Below the pieces are notes generated by a model. That model was given only the letters and a program-made list of their open reading frames with translations, was not told the origin of the DNA and searched no databases. A DNA stretch of 64,000 nt. It comes from Balanoglossus misakiensis. Lineage: Eukaryota > Animalia > Hemichordata. A program made the translations under genes and the position numbers. Positions within the stretch are counted from its first letter, which is position 1. The number at the start of each line of letters is the position of its first letter. The stretch spans positions 1,488,001-1,552,000 of the forward strand of contig CM082598.2 of assembly GCA_040954595.2 (NCBI GenBank), given 5' to 3'. Below are positions 1-15,500 of this stretch, in pieces.

Positions 1-3000
1 CTTCAGAGGTCCTCTCGAAGTTTACATGCATGTACAGACGAATTTCCAAATACATGTGCATATGTGTTTAAAAACGCGACATGTTAGTTTTTCTTATTAG
101 CTCCTCTCTTTCTGATTCATTTGAAATATTCATATTGCAGCTGTATCTATAACAAGGATATACACTCGATGTGGGTTACGTATTCAGAATGGCGACAATG
201 ATTTACAGCTAAAGAGACGTTAAAAGTCTTGAAAATAAAGAAAGTTGTCGATGTCAGTTCAGCAAAGAAGACGTTTAAAATATATAGGCTATCACAAGAA
301 GTCAGTGTTTTTGTCAGCATACTTATCAAGTCTTGACATGACGGATTGCACAATCATACATGTCCACACTACATAATGTTTACAAGAGGAATAGTGCGTC
401 AAACTCAAATTCCCTTTTATCACGGAAATTACCAATCACCATTTTGCTCCTGCAATTGCATCATACATCACCATCCTTTTACAATGATAAATGAACTCAG
501 TTTTCCACCGATAGTTTCTTTCCGTCGACCTTAACATTTAGGGGTCACAGTGCGTAGGAAAGTAAAACGACTTGATGTAATTAATTCTTTCGTCGGCGTT
601 TTCAATTCTCCTAAATTTCTTAAGAACTCTCTGGCGACTTTGTGGTTAGTACATGTGCCGCATCGCTTGATGACACAGGCCAAGTCACCCACTGAAAATT
701 GTCGTCTGCTCACATGCTTCTGGCGCCAATAAACCTTTTAAAATAAAATTTACTTCTTCTCGGGAGACCTGGTCTGACTTCATAAGCCTGTTTCCTAAAT
801 AAGTGAGCATTCTCAGGTACAGCAAAGGGTAAAGGTCTCTCTATTCATGAGTATTTGAATTGTACACATTCAAGGTAATAGTCGCCGAAGATTATAGATT
901 TTAGAATTATTTATTATTTAGACTAATCATAAAGGAGACAGACTGTCAGTCAATCAGTCGGTCGTTCACTAGACAAACAATAACTAACTCACTCACTCAC
1001 CAGAAATATTTGTGAACTATCTTTACATGTTTTGTCCTTAGGGCAAGTTAGATTTTTATCAGAAATCAAGGCATTGAAAAGAAAAAGGAGATATTCTTAT
1101 TCCTTGGAATCGATGCATCATCATTCACGAAATAAAGCCTTTGATTTTTCCCATGTGTTAGCTAGTCTATATCGTCAATTTCCGTTGCCTTTGGGTTTGT
1201 AGGCGCAACATGTATTAAACTAAACTGCGTTAAATGTTTCAGAATATCATTGCGAACTAGAATGTAGGTAGTGAACCTTTTAATATATCGATCTGGGTGA
1301 GCAATTAAATAGATGGTAGCTATCCAGGTGCCAATGACCTAATTTATCATTCCGTGTTGTATTGTACTTTCCAATGAATATTGTATAGATCAAATTCCCA
1401 AGTATAGAAAGAATTTGATTAATTTATAGATCTCAAAAATTAGGACAATAGCTAGACGACAAGTTAGACTTAATACGCATCTTGCAAGAGTGGTTTTTAT
1501 ATTCGATTGCTTTTTGACAAAAATATGTGTTCATGTTCCAAGTAGCAGATGGTGAAAATGTGAATTCAAATTATTTTCAGCTAAGATTTTACTCTGAGCT
1601 CTAATAACAAGATCGCTTCACATCTTACTCTGATGAAACAGTATATAGGCTCTGATATATTCTATACTTGGGGCTAAACATAACATTCTTTTGTGGATGT
1701 TGAAGAATAACTTCAGAGTGACTTCACAGGCGCGGCGAATCACGCTGTGTGTGGAGGAACAACAATGGCCGGCGCATATAAATTGACGATGTCTTATGAA
1801 AAAGTACGAACCGACAGGGCTGATTTGAGTTCCTGGGGGTACCCTTAAGGGCTGGCGCTGTATTTGAAAGTTGCCGACATGTTTCAAACGGTGCACTGAG
1901 ATTGGACAGGGATTTTTTCTCAAGCCTGGCAGCTACACTGCTTTATCAGGGATGAGCGAGCGAGCACACCGCATGTTGATTATAATGGTTGTTGTTATTT
2001 CTGGCACTGTGAGAGTAAGAGCTATCTCCTTTGTATATAGCTTCAAACTAGAAAGGGACTTTATGTGAATATCTTTCAAAACGCACGGATGGTATTTAAG
2101 TAAGTGACTACATAATTCAACATAATTGATGCTGATTATCTCGTCAGAAATCGTGATGATATGATCCACAGGTAAATCTTCTGTTGTAATTCATATCCTG
2201 CCGAATACAATTTGAAACATCAATTTTTTCACCATTGCAGATACGCGTGCATTGTATTATTATGACTTGGCTTTAATTTGTTTCACTAAACATGCATAGA
2301 AAAGTATAACCACAGTGAAACAAAAATGCCTGGTTCTTAAACTTTCTGTTGGAAAACACATTAATAAATGTTTCTCAGATTTTCAAGCCATCTTGGTAAT
2401 AACAACAGAATGACCTAGATTATAGCAAGGGAGCATTTTGACAACCATGAATAGGGACGTTGAACAGTCAAGTCGTTCAAAAACCGTTTTGTTGACCCCT
2501 GGAGGAAACCGGGCTTCATAAAAAATACACAGTGATGCACTCCCATGCCTTTTGGTCATCATTTAAGACTGTCAGAAAAATTCCAGATGGTAGATTTGTC
2601 GAGTCCATCAGTCTTTATAATAACCTCAAGCTATCATCGAGATACTCATATTTTATACAAAACAATACTTAGAAGTTACCTTCTTGTCAGTAATAATGTA
2701 TGAAGTGCTAGCCTTGATTTTCGCTTTTTGTATCTTTGTGTGTCATCTTTTACCTAGAATCCATGAATGTGTTCCGAATACATATGTTACTTTTGAATTA
2801 TTATTAGCCAACAACTGAAGTGAACTGTATAATTACAGACGGCACTGCATGTTCAATGTGTACTTCATTTCAAAGTCATTTTTCTCATCAAAGCTAACGT
2901 ACGAACCCATACAAACCATCTGTTTTCATAAATCAGAGTTTGTAGACTTTACTTTGTAATGTTTCGGTCACTCGTACCGGAAATTAAAAACCCTTTTTTG

Positions 3001-5774
3001 AATTATTACTCAAAAGAAAAGAATAGGGAATGTAACTGCCACTTCCTAAAGATAGCATCTTATTCTAAATACTAGAACTTGCCAAAATGTTTAATCATAG
3101 TTTTGGCGCTGCATACTCTCATTCTACATTAACAGGTGAAATATTTTTTTAAGAAATTCAGGTTGGACCGGTTTACGTTGAAACTTTTTCACACTGTGAG
3201 TAATTCTTCGACAAACAAAACTTTCTTGCACAGTCGCATAAAATCACATTTTGCATTGAAATGAACCAGTCCATCCCTTCATTTGATAACAACTGGAAAT
3301 TCTATCGCTGTCTGACACCGAGCAAGGAATTAGAAGGAGTTTTTTTCTTTTTAAAATGCATTTACAAGTCATCAGCTTTTACATATTGTTGACCCAAAAA
3401 TATGTCACCCAACTACGCTTAATGTAAGCTCGACACAACCATCGAATGGCATGATTTCAACGTAAGGGCATGATGTCTCTTACTTTTAAAATGGTTTATG
3501 TCCCCGGGTAAAACTAAAAATATATGACCAGCTGCGTCGATCACGAACAAAGTCTTCAGAGATGGACATTTAAATGATGCTTACAGTTTGATATATCCTT
3601 CTGGAATTTCAAACCCGTCGTCTATGAAAGAGGCATTGCGCAATTCATAAATTGCACATCGCAGAACGAATAATAAGCCATTTGACTGATGTAACGACAT
3701 CTGACATACCAGGGTGTAGGTTGACTATATGCTACAGCAGAAGAAGACATCGTGGGAAAATTCCAACTACAATGAAAATCTATGTACACGTTTCAAACAC
3801 AAGTTGTATTCAGGCTTACAAGGATTCATCCAACTTTCATCTAAAAATAGATACCACATTCATGAGATTGGAGAGTGATAAATTAATGCAAATACACAGA
3901 CAAGGGGCCTTTGACCAGTTATCTTTCAAAACGAATCAAAATCCACTAGTTTTACAGCGGGGCTATTTGACGCTACCCTGGGGCGAGTGTATATCATTTT
4001 AATTAGTTGTCCAGTATTAGCTCGTCCTTCACATATCCCTGGGCTCTCTTGCTCAAGCACTCAAGGTTTTATGTCGGAAGTGATCACTTTTAAACCCAAA
4101 CGCTGAGACAACAGCCATTTTCCTCATGCATTTATTGAGCGATCCTGTCCACCAGCTGATGGTGCACTCTATTCACACACTCAATAACAATGCATTAAGA
4201 TGAAAATTTGCCTTAGGGTCCCTTTGATGATGCATATGAAACACTGATCAAGGTGACCTCGCACACAAAATATAAACTGAACAGACACCATACTAGTATA
4301 CACTACATACAAAGTTAGAAACACTTCACAATTCTTTACCTGTTTGTATCTAAAACCTTGCAACAAATGTACAGGTTCGTGCTTGCTATAAAACGAAACT
4401 AATGATCGATCGAAACATATCTTTATAAAGCTTTTTATCAGAAGTGTTGGCCGAAAATAGACACTGTGAGTGATGATTAAAGTCCTTATATTCTTGAATG
4501 TTTGTGCTCAATAGCAGGCTAGCCTATACAGGGCCATATTGAAGTACCACTGACTTCAAAGATGACCTCTCGATTTAGTTTTTATGCGGGTTTATGATGT
4601 CTGTTGTCCTTGTTCGGTTCACTGAACCATTAAGTCGATTTGATCGTTGCCAAAGAAGACAGCCCATGAGATAAGTCACTGTCTATAGGGATCATTCTGT
4701 TTGCTGGAGCCACGGTTTGCACTTCTTTATGCGAACATGTATATAAGAGCCCTTCACAATCAATATGAACATATATACAAATGCAGTCCCTTAGTTAATG
4801 CGATCACTGTTGTTAATGTGAATGTTCTAAAGGTTGCGAGTTCTACACAGTGCACAAATGCAGTGTTGGGTGATCATTGTCTGGTCTTGTATAGAAAAGA
4901 ATATATTTTTTCACAAGGCACTTTATTGGTTAATTGAAGTAGCCTGGATTTGGATTTACATACTTCTTTTTCTCCGGGTATTTTTTGGACCAGTTCTTCT
5001 TATCAATACATTTTATTTTCTGCTTAGATTAGCTATAAAAATTATTACATTAAATTAATTAGAAACCAAGACAGCCTTTTCTACTAATCCCATATTACTG
5101 ATGAAATGTTTTCCTTTCCAAATTATGCTGCGAGCAAGCCATTTGAAATGTTGCGACTTGGCGTCTGGATCTCGTTTGCGTAATTACTAAACATGCGCGG
5201 ATTACCACCCTTGGTTATTTGTGGCGTTGATAGCAATGCGCATGTGTCTTCTTTGAAATCCTCCAAGCCAGTAATGAAAGAAGTCGTGACTTTTGAGTCT
5301 ATGACTCCGGGTCGATGTTGTTACTCAGTCAGCAGACAGTTCAACGAAGTAATGCATTCTGTAGATCGATAAACATTCCAGCAGTTTTTTGTTTTTAATG
5401 CATAGACCTTGCGCATTAGGCTGTGTTTGTGTGGACATATCCCCTGTGTGCGGTTGGGAAATTACACTTGATAGATTCCGACTGTGACGTTCACGTATGA
5501 CATTTGCAAAGTACACGTCAAGGCAATCTGTTTCCACATGGAGTTTCATCAATCATAGTTGATGTAGTGCCCCTTTAAGGTGTACGGTAATCCAGACAAA
5601 GACTGGCAAGCCAGCCAGCATAAACTCGTCAAATCCATCTACTTGTCGTAAAAGTTGTTAGATGGCCTGTACACAGGTTAAAACAAACAGTATCAGTGTA
5701 CCGGTACATGTAATTACTACTTTGTGAGATTCAACTGCGTTCTGACTCTTCACCTATCTGGATTGTGCGCGCGA

Positions 5775-5782
5775 TGACGTCA
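5775..5782. promoter_or_regulatory. Full palindromic CRE (TGACGTCA)
   Basis: Exact TGACGTCA about 1.2 kb upstream of the putative SYT12 first exon. A single 8-mer can occur by chance. Confidence 0.25.
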
Positions 5783-6989
5783 ATTCTCGGTGGAATCGCA
5801 GACACTTACGAAAATGTCAAAGTTATTAGGGTCGTTCTCTTCCGGATGATCATCCTGCCAATGAGCAGATGGATCAATTCTACTTAGTAACGATGTCTCT
5901 GAAAAATCGCCAGGACAATAATAGGCTAATAGATATAAGCTATGGATTTGTAATTTGTCACGAACCAGTAAGGGCAATCGTACGTTTTGCCTGTGAGGGC
6001 TTCTGTACATGTGTTCCCAGGTACATGTCCAACCTTTAGACCAACTCGTAGCCGTACCAATAGTTCTAAATACTCACTCATCAACAAGTGCATATGTAGT
6101 TTTAACGACCTGGTACATTCTCATCCGAATATTAATATTTTCAATAATCATGCTTAGTTTAAAAAAGATTAAAAAAATTCAGGCTTCATATGTGGAGGTT
6201 ACATTATGCAAATCGGTATTTGTCACAGTAAAATACTACTGTAAGAATAGTTTTGGGCCAAAGTGCACATTTAAGGATAAAGCCCTAGTTCATATAATGT
6301 TAAATGGAAACCCATGAAAAAATGACATAGACATTCATCGATGAGGGCGTTGTGCAAGTGTGCTACTTAGACTCTGGGCAAAAGCATCGATATACTTAAG
6401 ATAATATCATCAAGTTCTCACTTCAACCAATTTAAATCGACGGTTCAACGATAAGGTCATTTGTAGTGCTCTGCAAAACTCATTAAATCAGTGTTTCTGT
6501 CCACGCTGTCACAGACACCTCTCCATGACATATACTAAATACATTACAGTGGCTTGTAAACACCAGTGAAGCCTCGAAGTACTGCTATCATATATGCCAC
6601 CAAGAATACAATTCGCCTGTATATTCTCCTGTATCTAGAATTTGTCATTTTAATAAATATGTACAGCTTATGTGACGAATACTACATCAACGCGTCAACT
6701 AATATCACTCCATTACTGAGTGAAAACGGTGATGACATCAGCTAAGTCACGAGAACAGACTAATCACAACCCTTGGGTAACTTCCCATGATTAGTGATAT
6801 CTCTAGTGAGTTTGCCCGTGAAGCTAAAGATACGCCTATCTCCGTTGCATTGGATTTGAGGGGATCGGTTTACCCTGTAGTCAAATGGATCACACTTTAC
6901 ATGACCACGGGAGTACAAAATCATTCTAGTCGTTTTGACCTTTTAAGGCACTCGCTTATTTTCCGTGGACAACCTGTAGAAATGTAACG

Positions 6990-7294
6990 TATAAAAATAA
7001 GCTTGCATATACTGCTGGGCAGGAATAAATTCACACAGCGCACACCTATCGTCGGTGTCACAGAGAAACACCCTGAACTGTCTGCAGTCGCCTCATTGTC
7101 GATTGAACTGAGTCAGGTCCCCGCCAACGACCGTAAGATAACTAAAGCAGACAGCTTCACTCTGACACGTGCTCTGGGCTTCAAAGCGCTAAGATTTCGT
7201 CCCGGTACTGCTACGTTCAGAAAGACCTACTCCACCTCAACACCACCCGTTGCCTCGACGACTTAAACTGAAAAACCGCTGCAGTTCTTTACAG
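6990..7294 (+). promoter_or_regulatory. Candidate TATA box and first non-coding exon of SYT12
   Basis: TATAAAA at 6990-6996, then a C-rich ~270-nt stretch ending in ACAG|GTATAT (donor at 7295). Inferred only. Confidence 0.3.
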
Positions 7295-7798
7295 GTATAT
7301 ATCTGTTCTTCTGAACACACTTTTTATTGAGTATTTCACGATATTTTTATCGAAGACAGGCTTGGGTGTGAACCGGCGAACTAGGCCAGTCTTAATATCC
7401 TCATGTCTGTTTTGAAGAGCTTCATTTTTTTTACATTCAGCGCAGAGGAATAGTCTCTTGACAACACATTCTATTTCCGATGCACTGGCGTTGTTTGACC
7501 TGACACTATTTAGCTGAAACCATGGAAAGGTGACTACATTTGAACACAATCGTGATGAATCAAAGAATTTTAGTCGTTCGTATATCCACCCTTTAAGTGT
7601 TACATTTACACATATACACATACATGTTTGCAATCATTTGCCGGAAAATGTCGCTTAAATTGCCCAAAGCTGAATTGTGCACGCGCCAGAGGAATCCTTT
7701 GTGTACAAATGCCCGCAATGACATTTCCAAAATTACGCAGCCATGACGACCAGTCTCCGCCTACAGACAACACTTGATTCTCACCCGATCAACCTTGA

Positions 7799-7820
7799 AT
7801 GTTAAAACGTCGCAGGCAAG
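7799..7820 (+). CDS. SYT12: Candidate first coding exon of SYT12 (MLKRRRQ, phase-1 donor)
   Basis: Acceptor CTACAG at 7761-7766, ATG at 7799, donor CAAG|GTGAGC at 7821. Phase 1 matches the exon at 12583 and gives a 428-aa protein. A basic N-terminus before the TM helix is atypical, so the assignment is uncertain. Confidence 0.35.
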
Positions 7821-10800
7821 GTGAGCACTTGAAGCCACGTCGAGACACTATTGTCCTCTGCAATGATTTTTCAGTGATTACGCACATTTTATTCCAAACA
7901 GTAAAAATTTCTTAAGTTGTCGTGTTCTTGGGTTCAAGTAGTCATTGCCGGTGTTTTGTGACATGGTTTATTTGTGGCACGACCGTGTCATGCTGATGTA
8001 GAAGAAAATAAGTTACTCCATGATGCGTCAATGTTACACTATTCTAAATGCAGAAAGACGCCATATTCTTCAACTGCATAAAGTCTTATCTCAAGGAAAT
8101 GGGCGAATTTTAACAAATTTTGCAGCACACATGTACAGCACACGTCGAATTAAAGCGACACTCTGTCTGTGTCATGGTTGCTAGGGTCATGGTTGCTAAG
8201 AGAGACTAATGTGTATGCAGATAAAATGTAAATATTTGCAACTCAATAATATTTTACAGTATTGAGATCTTGCGTGCTTAATTGGCGGTTATGTCTTCAT
8301 CAAATAGACTGTCACTGTCCTAAATATTTATTTTGGGATTTTACAAAGATAGCTTTAAAATGAATATTAATAAATTTGATAAGGTAGGCATGTAAATCTA
8401 ACTCTTATTTGATTTGCACCGTACATTCATAGCTGCGAAGATGGACTATATCTTCGTTTTGGCGTTCACAACATTTCTGAACAAAAGATGTAGGAGTGAT
8501 ATGAAAACATATTCGGTCAGTATGATCGATGGAAGTTAAGTTAGAAACTAGGCGGGTTTAATTTACAGTATACAGGATTACCCTCATGCACATTGCTAAA
8601 TATAATAAACACTGTATGCAAATTATTGAGTCTATGTTAAACGTGTGCTAACAATGAGAAGTACTGTCATATAGAATTAGTGTACCTGCATACTGTTGTG
8701 TTTCTAATTTTGTATCAGGCATAATTAGAAAGGTGATAAGCGGTTGGTCACACGGTTAGACATTTATGCGGGATGGGTCCCACACGAACAGGTGACTCAG
8801 TCTGACTCTATACGTAGAATTATACATTGGGAGACGGCTGCAACAGCTTTTTGTGTGAAAGGTAGGTGTGGATTTGCACTTTCTTCTGGGTTGTAGTTTG
8901 AGAGTAATAGCGAGGCAAGAATGTGGACATGGCGATACGAATACTATCTCAAAACAGCATTCTTATGATATTACACCAACTGACACTGAGTTTGGAATTG
9001 TGAATATGTCTGGTCTTCCGTTTTAACATCTTGTGGCACTGTGACACATCTAACAGACTAAACCAACCTGTCCAGATAGTGAACATGATAGTGTTAACGT
9101 TGGAAAGAAATGTTCCAATGTAATAGAGGACTATATTCTGTCAATGTCTGCATGAGGCTGTGGTGTGTCCAAAACGTGGGTACACAATAACCAACACTGA
9201 AATGCTATACTTGATAGGTATGTACAGCTCACAGCAATTTAAAAATTTGACAGCTTTCCAAGATACATGTGAAACTAATATCACAGTGATGTAAGGAGTA
9301 ATTGGAAAGGTATGCAGGCTGTACAAATCACCATGAAACGTTCGGAAAATAGAAACTTGTGACGTTTCCTTTATTGAAACGAGAAACTAATAGCATTGGA
9401 AAGCAAACACCAGGGACGGCTAGTATGGGTTTTTCATACAACTTAGCATGTCGGTAACAGACAAGACATACTGCTCCATGGGTTATTTAACCTTATCGAA
9501 TTTCAAGATGGCTAGATGTTGTCAGCAGGGCCCTTATAGGAGCATGGCTAAATTCACTGTAGTTAACTACATTGCACTATTCCGCCACGTATGGTTATTA
9601 GGTTTTGCATCAAATGGAAAGAAAAACAATACCATTATTTCGGTAATAAGTTTTACGCACGAGTAGAATGTCAATGACTGACATGGCTATGACGTGGAAT
9701 ATTCAACTCAACCTTATCAAATTGCCATGCATGGTTTTTTGAGAAAAATGCTACTGAAAAGGTTTTTGTAATAATTGTACTAATATTTGGTTTGCTTAAA
9801 TTGCACATTTAAATTAGGTTGCGTACTCGTATTGAATTTTCCTTTGTTGTCACACACTCATTTAAAAAAATCGTTGAGTTATTACAGCTCATGAAACGTG
9901 GCAAGAAAGAACGAAATGTCTGGTCTTTCTATAAAAGTTATTAACATCACTGAGTGTGGGGCTTTATATAAATTAACTATTTATAAATTTCTCATAGGCA
10001 AATCCATTTTAACTGAAGCTTCATTGTACAGAAACAGTAAATGTATGGCATTATTTTAGTTTAGTAACCAGGAACAAACCAGGCTCTCAGATCGAGATGA
10101 TGGTTAAAACAACTATATTCAAAATGCGAATGTGTTTGTTGACATATCTTTGCAATTACACAGAACCATGGGTGTTCATATGATAAATTAAATTTCCAAA
10201 TTTAGGTTAAGGTCGCTTTCATTCCTATTAATGTATTACGAGTTTCAATATATCATCATCTATGCACCTGCCGCATTTATATTTTTCTCAAAGTTAACGA
10301 CGTGTTTGATCACCCCATTGAAGCATTTACTGTTATAGTAAAACATGACGTCTATATTCCAAAAATATTTAATGCCGTATGTTTTACGAAAAACTGTTAT
10401 TTCAGTTGCGATCTTAAGTATCATCACTTTTATCAAATTAATCAACCATATAAGATGAGTTAGTAGAACACATTAAAATATAATAATTAACAACAAAAAC
10501 AACCATAATAGGTTGGATTTTGAACAAAATTCCCTAAAAGAGTATTTCGACCGGGAAGAATAACTTGTATGTATATTTCCGCATCATGTTTCTATAGACG
10601 TTATTTTGGGGGCTTCTGCAATGGGTGGGAATATGCGCATGCGCCAATATCTGGTGAATGACCTGTCGAAATGATCGGTGCCAATCGTAGTTGTGAGATG
10701 AATTAAGGCCGAGTGTTCACCACAAGAAAAGCATGAGTATAATATAGCATGGACGGCAAGTGAGGCCAGTTAATCGGGTATTTATGCTTTCCTCGCGACC

Positions 10801-12582
10801 TTCGACTGACCGGTGTTCATAAATTTTGTGCATTTCCCTGATATTAAAAAACCAACAGGAAAAAGCTTTCAGTTTCACCTTGTGACTGGATGCATGACAT
10901 TGGCTTTTATTTAAACGATCAGATGGCTTTCACACATTCAAGATTAGATTTTCTTCTCCGGTAATTATCAAATAAAGAGAAACAGTCCTAAGTTATTACC
11001 TGTGCATTAACTTGAAATGCACACTAGTATAAATGTAATACGATTCATTACAGTGCACAATAGACGTGCATGTTATTCATTATGGTTCAAATATCAACAT
11101 GATAATGATCTATAGAATGCAGTATTCTATCTGGAATTAGTACACCTCAAATTAGTGATATCCTTTTCTTTGCAAACAAAGAACTGCATTAAGATATCTG
11201 GCACTGAAGTGATTCATTTTTGTTCGGCTGTCTGATATGTACACCAGGTGGTACTTCAAGCGGCATTTATTAACCTTTGAGAATTCTTGGAAATTGCCTT
11301 TGAATATCCATTATCGCACTTTCCATGGAAACAAAATTGGTTTGGTGCTAGATGTAAAGGGTGACATCTTGTGTACTAATTTGATTACCAGTTTTCAGAG
11401 TTTCAAATCCAAATCATCATTATCGTTCACTACATTTTTACAAGACCATTCGTCATAATACAGTTAACATTGCCTATTTTTAAAAATTTGACCTGATGAA
11501 TATGATGTTCAGTATCTTTTTCTACACATAAAACGTTGATGAAATTTTCGGTCTTTATAAAAATGCAGTTTGTTGAAACTGTGATCAGCATGGGATTTTT
11601 AAACCCGCAACATGACCACGGAGATTTACTGCGCGGATGAAAAGCATTCACCCACTTTATCTGTTCGAGAAAAGTCATTCTGAGTCTTTGAAATGGTTGC
11701 TATAGATACGGTGCACGTGAACACAGAAAGCCTGAAGGGAAACAAAACCTCGACTACAGGAGATGAAGGAAACTGGCCATCCTCAATCTTAACAGTTGCG
11801 ACGACATGTGCCAGTCAGTATAACTATAAGTACTTTCTAAGGCAATATAACATGATCATAACCGTGTAGAAACTACATAAACCCCCAGTAAATCCCAGAA
11901 AACATCAAACCACATAATTTCTTGTCTATACTTCAGTTACTGTGTCCCATTTTACTTTACTATACCGACAAACACACATTAAACCTGCAACACAGCGGAA
12001 TAAATGTACAGGTCCAAATTAACCCATTGTAAATTAACCCCACGTATATGGAAAGTTGACATGGACAGGATCGGTTTGTCACTCTGCATGGTGCGCTTTC
12101 TTTAAAATTCAACATGTGTAGTTGAGTCTCCACCTACACAGTACAGTCAGATGAATGAGCGATCGTGAAGTGCGTCGAGCTAGCCACATTTAAATAACGC
12201 CAACGCCTAGGATTAAGACAACAATTAATGCTCATCTGTGTTCAGTTGAGACACTGAGAGAATTGAATCAGGTGAAGTGAGATGAACACGTAGGGACGGA
12301 TTGAAATGCGTGACTTGGTACAGTCTGAGCCCCTGTCACGTAGATTGAGGCTTATAAGTGGATGTCACTTGATAAAACATTGGCTTTTTGCATCTTTAGA
12401 ATTTTCTCCGATAAATACTGTTGACCTAACCGCCGATGTAGAAAATCGCGTTAAGAGAAATCGGAGGCAATATCTTCTATTGTTGGAAGTCACGCTCGGC
12501 ATAGCGCATTGATAGTCTAGCAGTGATGGATGTGATCAGCGGACGTGTTTCTTGATCAGATTTTTATTCCTTTCTGTTTCAG

Positions 12583-15500
12583 TGTTATCGTTACTGCAAA
12601 CCGGGTTGGTGATTTCTGGAGCTAGCATCGTTGTCGCCGCTGTCATCGCGGTGTGGTGGAAGTACTGTAGTACTTGTGATCCGGAGAAGTGCCGGAAGAA
12701 ACCCGGACTTGAAGAGAAGATACCAATCGCTCCGGGGGTTACACCTTCCTCAAGCGGGTATAAGGTGAGGCTACTTCTAATGATTACTGATGGTGGCGAT
12801 GGGATCTTGTCGTAACAGTCATCTCTCCCTATAAATTTGCATATTTATAGTAGTACTCCCCTCAGTGGAAAGATTTTCAGAAAATTGCAGTCCTTCAAAT
12901 CATTTAATTTTTGCTAAATTAAAGTTGGCGAGAAGTCTTTTTGAAATCAAAGAAGAAAGCATGGTGTTCACCATACTAGTGTTCACACAAAAGTTGCCAG
13001 GCCAGTTTGAATTTCAAATCTAAAGTTACATTAAACAAAATATGAGAAAAAGTTTATGACTTTCATTTTCAAAGCTTATACTACCTTACGTGCAACCACC
13101 ATCTAAACGCTTCTGTCAGTTGATACATTAAAGACAAGAAACCAAGTTGATATCAAATTGTTGGGGCATTGCTATTGGCAGCAAATTAAAACCATTCCAA
13201 TGATTGCATTGAGTTTATCTAATTTGGCAAGCGGTCTTAAAGCAAGCTTTTATCATTGATCGGTTTACTGTACTAACTGTAGGCTAGCTAAATATCCACA
13301 GTTAGAAAGGTTAAATAGCGATTGCCGACTAAAGCGGTACCGAAACTCTCCGTAATGGCTGTTAAGGCGCCGTCACAGAGACACTAAATAAATATCAAAC
13401 ACCGACGCTTGACGTGACTGGCAGTTTCCCTCAATTGAGATTGCATCTTGGCAAACCTATGTGCCTGATTATCGAAATCATGACTTTATAACAGAATACA
13501 GCATTGATTGTGAAAGTACCACAGGCTATCAGGTGACATGTGACATGCATCGTTAAAGGAGATCGAAGACTTTTCAATTATGTAGGGAATATTGTGGCAG
13601 TAAATGAGTTTTTTTCTTGTGTGATGATATAAAAAGGGGGAAACTTCTGCATTAAGGTAGTACTCGCCCTAGAGACAGATTTCCAAAAATCTAAGACCTT
13701 CAAACCTTTTAATTCCTTGCTATATTAAAGTGTGTGAGTCTGTTAACCATCATGTTTTCATGAAAATAGCCACTTTAATTTTTTTGTGATTCTTGATTTA
13801 TCGCCATGCAACTTCCAGAAAATCTGATAAGGTTACAATGAGGTAAAACAAGATAGAATGTAGCCGCTAGTAACATTTGTATATCGACGTGTCAGGAATA
13901 TAAGAGAAAGTATATTGACAGAACAAATATAATCAAGGCTGTGGTTCGAGAACTAGAAATCAATCGTCTCTCACCTAATTAACAGAGCGGGTGATGTGTG
14001 TCCACAATTATGAGACAGCTTTGCGATTGAGTCAGTCTATATAAAACTACTTGTAGTTAATTAGATTAAGAACAGACTTGGCAGCTTCTTTTCAAATGGG
14101 TTGACTAAACCACTTTTTGAAATCTGTAAATAACTCAATTCACATTTTCTGAAAGGGATAATTCCTGGCAGTGAATTCGGTTTAAGGATTAAGATTCCCC
14201 TGCGTAGTAGGTCTTTGAATAATATATGAAGCAATGCTGAAATGGTCGATGCAGAAATTTCAAATAAATCTATAATTCACAGAAACGATCGTGCTGTTGA
14301 AATGGTCTGAATCTCACGGCAAATTTATTGCATTTTCCATTGAGAATTTGACCTCCCATTTTTACAATTCCTGTACTTATATGGTTCAACAACAAATCAT
14401 CTGTTTTCCCCAGCGATGAATAGAACTAAAAAACACGTTGATAAATTATAACTGTAAGGATGGGAAGCGTTTGGTTGAACAAGGATCACAGTAAAAAGGA
14501 AATTACTTCAGTTCACTATGTCAGCCGCGTAGTCGAAGTAATGGCACACATCTCATAATTGGAATCAACAGAAAAGTGATGAACAGATGGCCAATGACAC
14601 TCTACGGAGTCGCATCCGTGTAAATCTAAAGGAACTGATAGAAATGTGACAGTGAGTCTAAAAAGAATTGGGACAATAGATAGAGAAACAGCACTTACAG
14701 ATATTTAAATTACACCAGGGAGAGGTCACTTACACACTAATGCTATGAGCTAATTTGATCATACCAAATTCGCAATTGCAATTCCAACCTCTTTTAATTT
14801 ACGTGATAAAGTCTTTACTTTATTAACGATAAGGATTATCATAATCCTGCACGCTTAATCCTTGAGACATTTATACATTATAACAGCTCCGCATATATTA
14901 TCAGCTCTACATCAAACACATCTACTGCAACACACTTTGACGTTGGCGGACATAACTGACATTTGTTTACAATGTAGTCAATGTTATATGCTTTAGTAAT
15001 GCTTTGAAGCACACATCCGGCGAACACAGAAATAAATACTGTATTCACCAAAATTTTGACAACATGTACACAGAGTTGCTTCATACTCGGTATACACGGA
15101 AAGGTATACCAGCCTAAAGGTACGATAGAGTCAACCTCGAATAAAAGGTCACCATTGGAATTATATACATGTATGATTAATGTAAACCCACAGCGTGTTT
15201 CCTATTCCCATTAACCCCGTCTTATCTGCCTCAATTATGAATCAGAGAGCCACTCAACTGTTCCATCGGAAACAGTAAGACATTCTTTTCGATGTTAGGA
15301 TTATTTCACTGCAGTTAAGAAATATTTTCTTATGAAGCACTATCACTTGGAAAAACTACGGCGTCACATATTGAAGGTGCATGTGTAATTTGTCATATCT
15401 ACTTCCATAATCAACGTTAGCTTGAGGATAGGGGATTTAGGTCTTAAACACATTGGGTTCTAAAGATGCAGTGATGGTGACCAACAGTGATGCAGACACA

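Noticed and set aside
531-713. Minus ORF with RRQFSVGDL, faintly like a Gypsy integrase C-terminus
   Set aside because: No GPY/F motif or other retroelement sequence nearby; too short to support.
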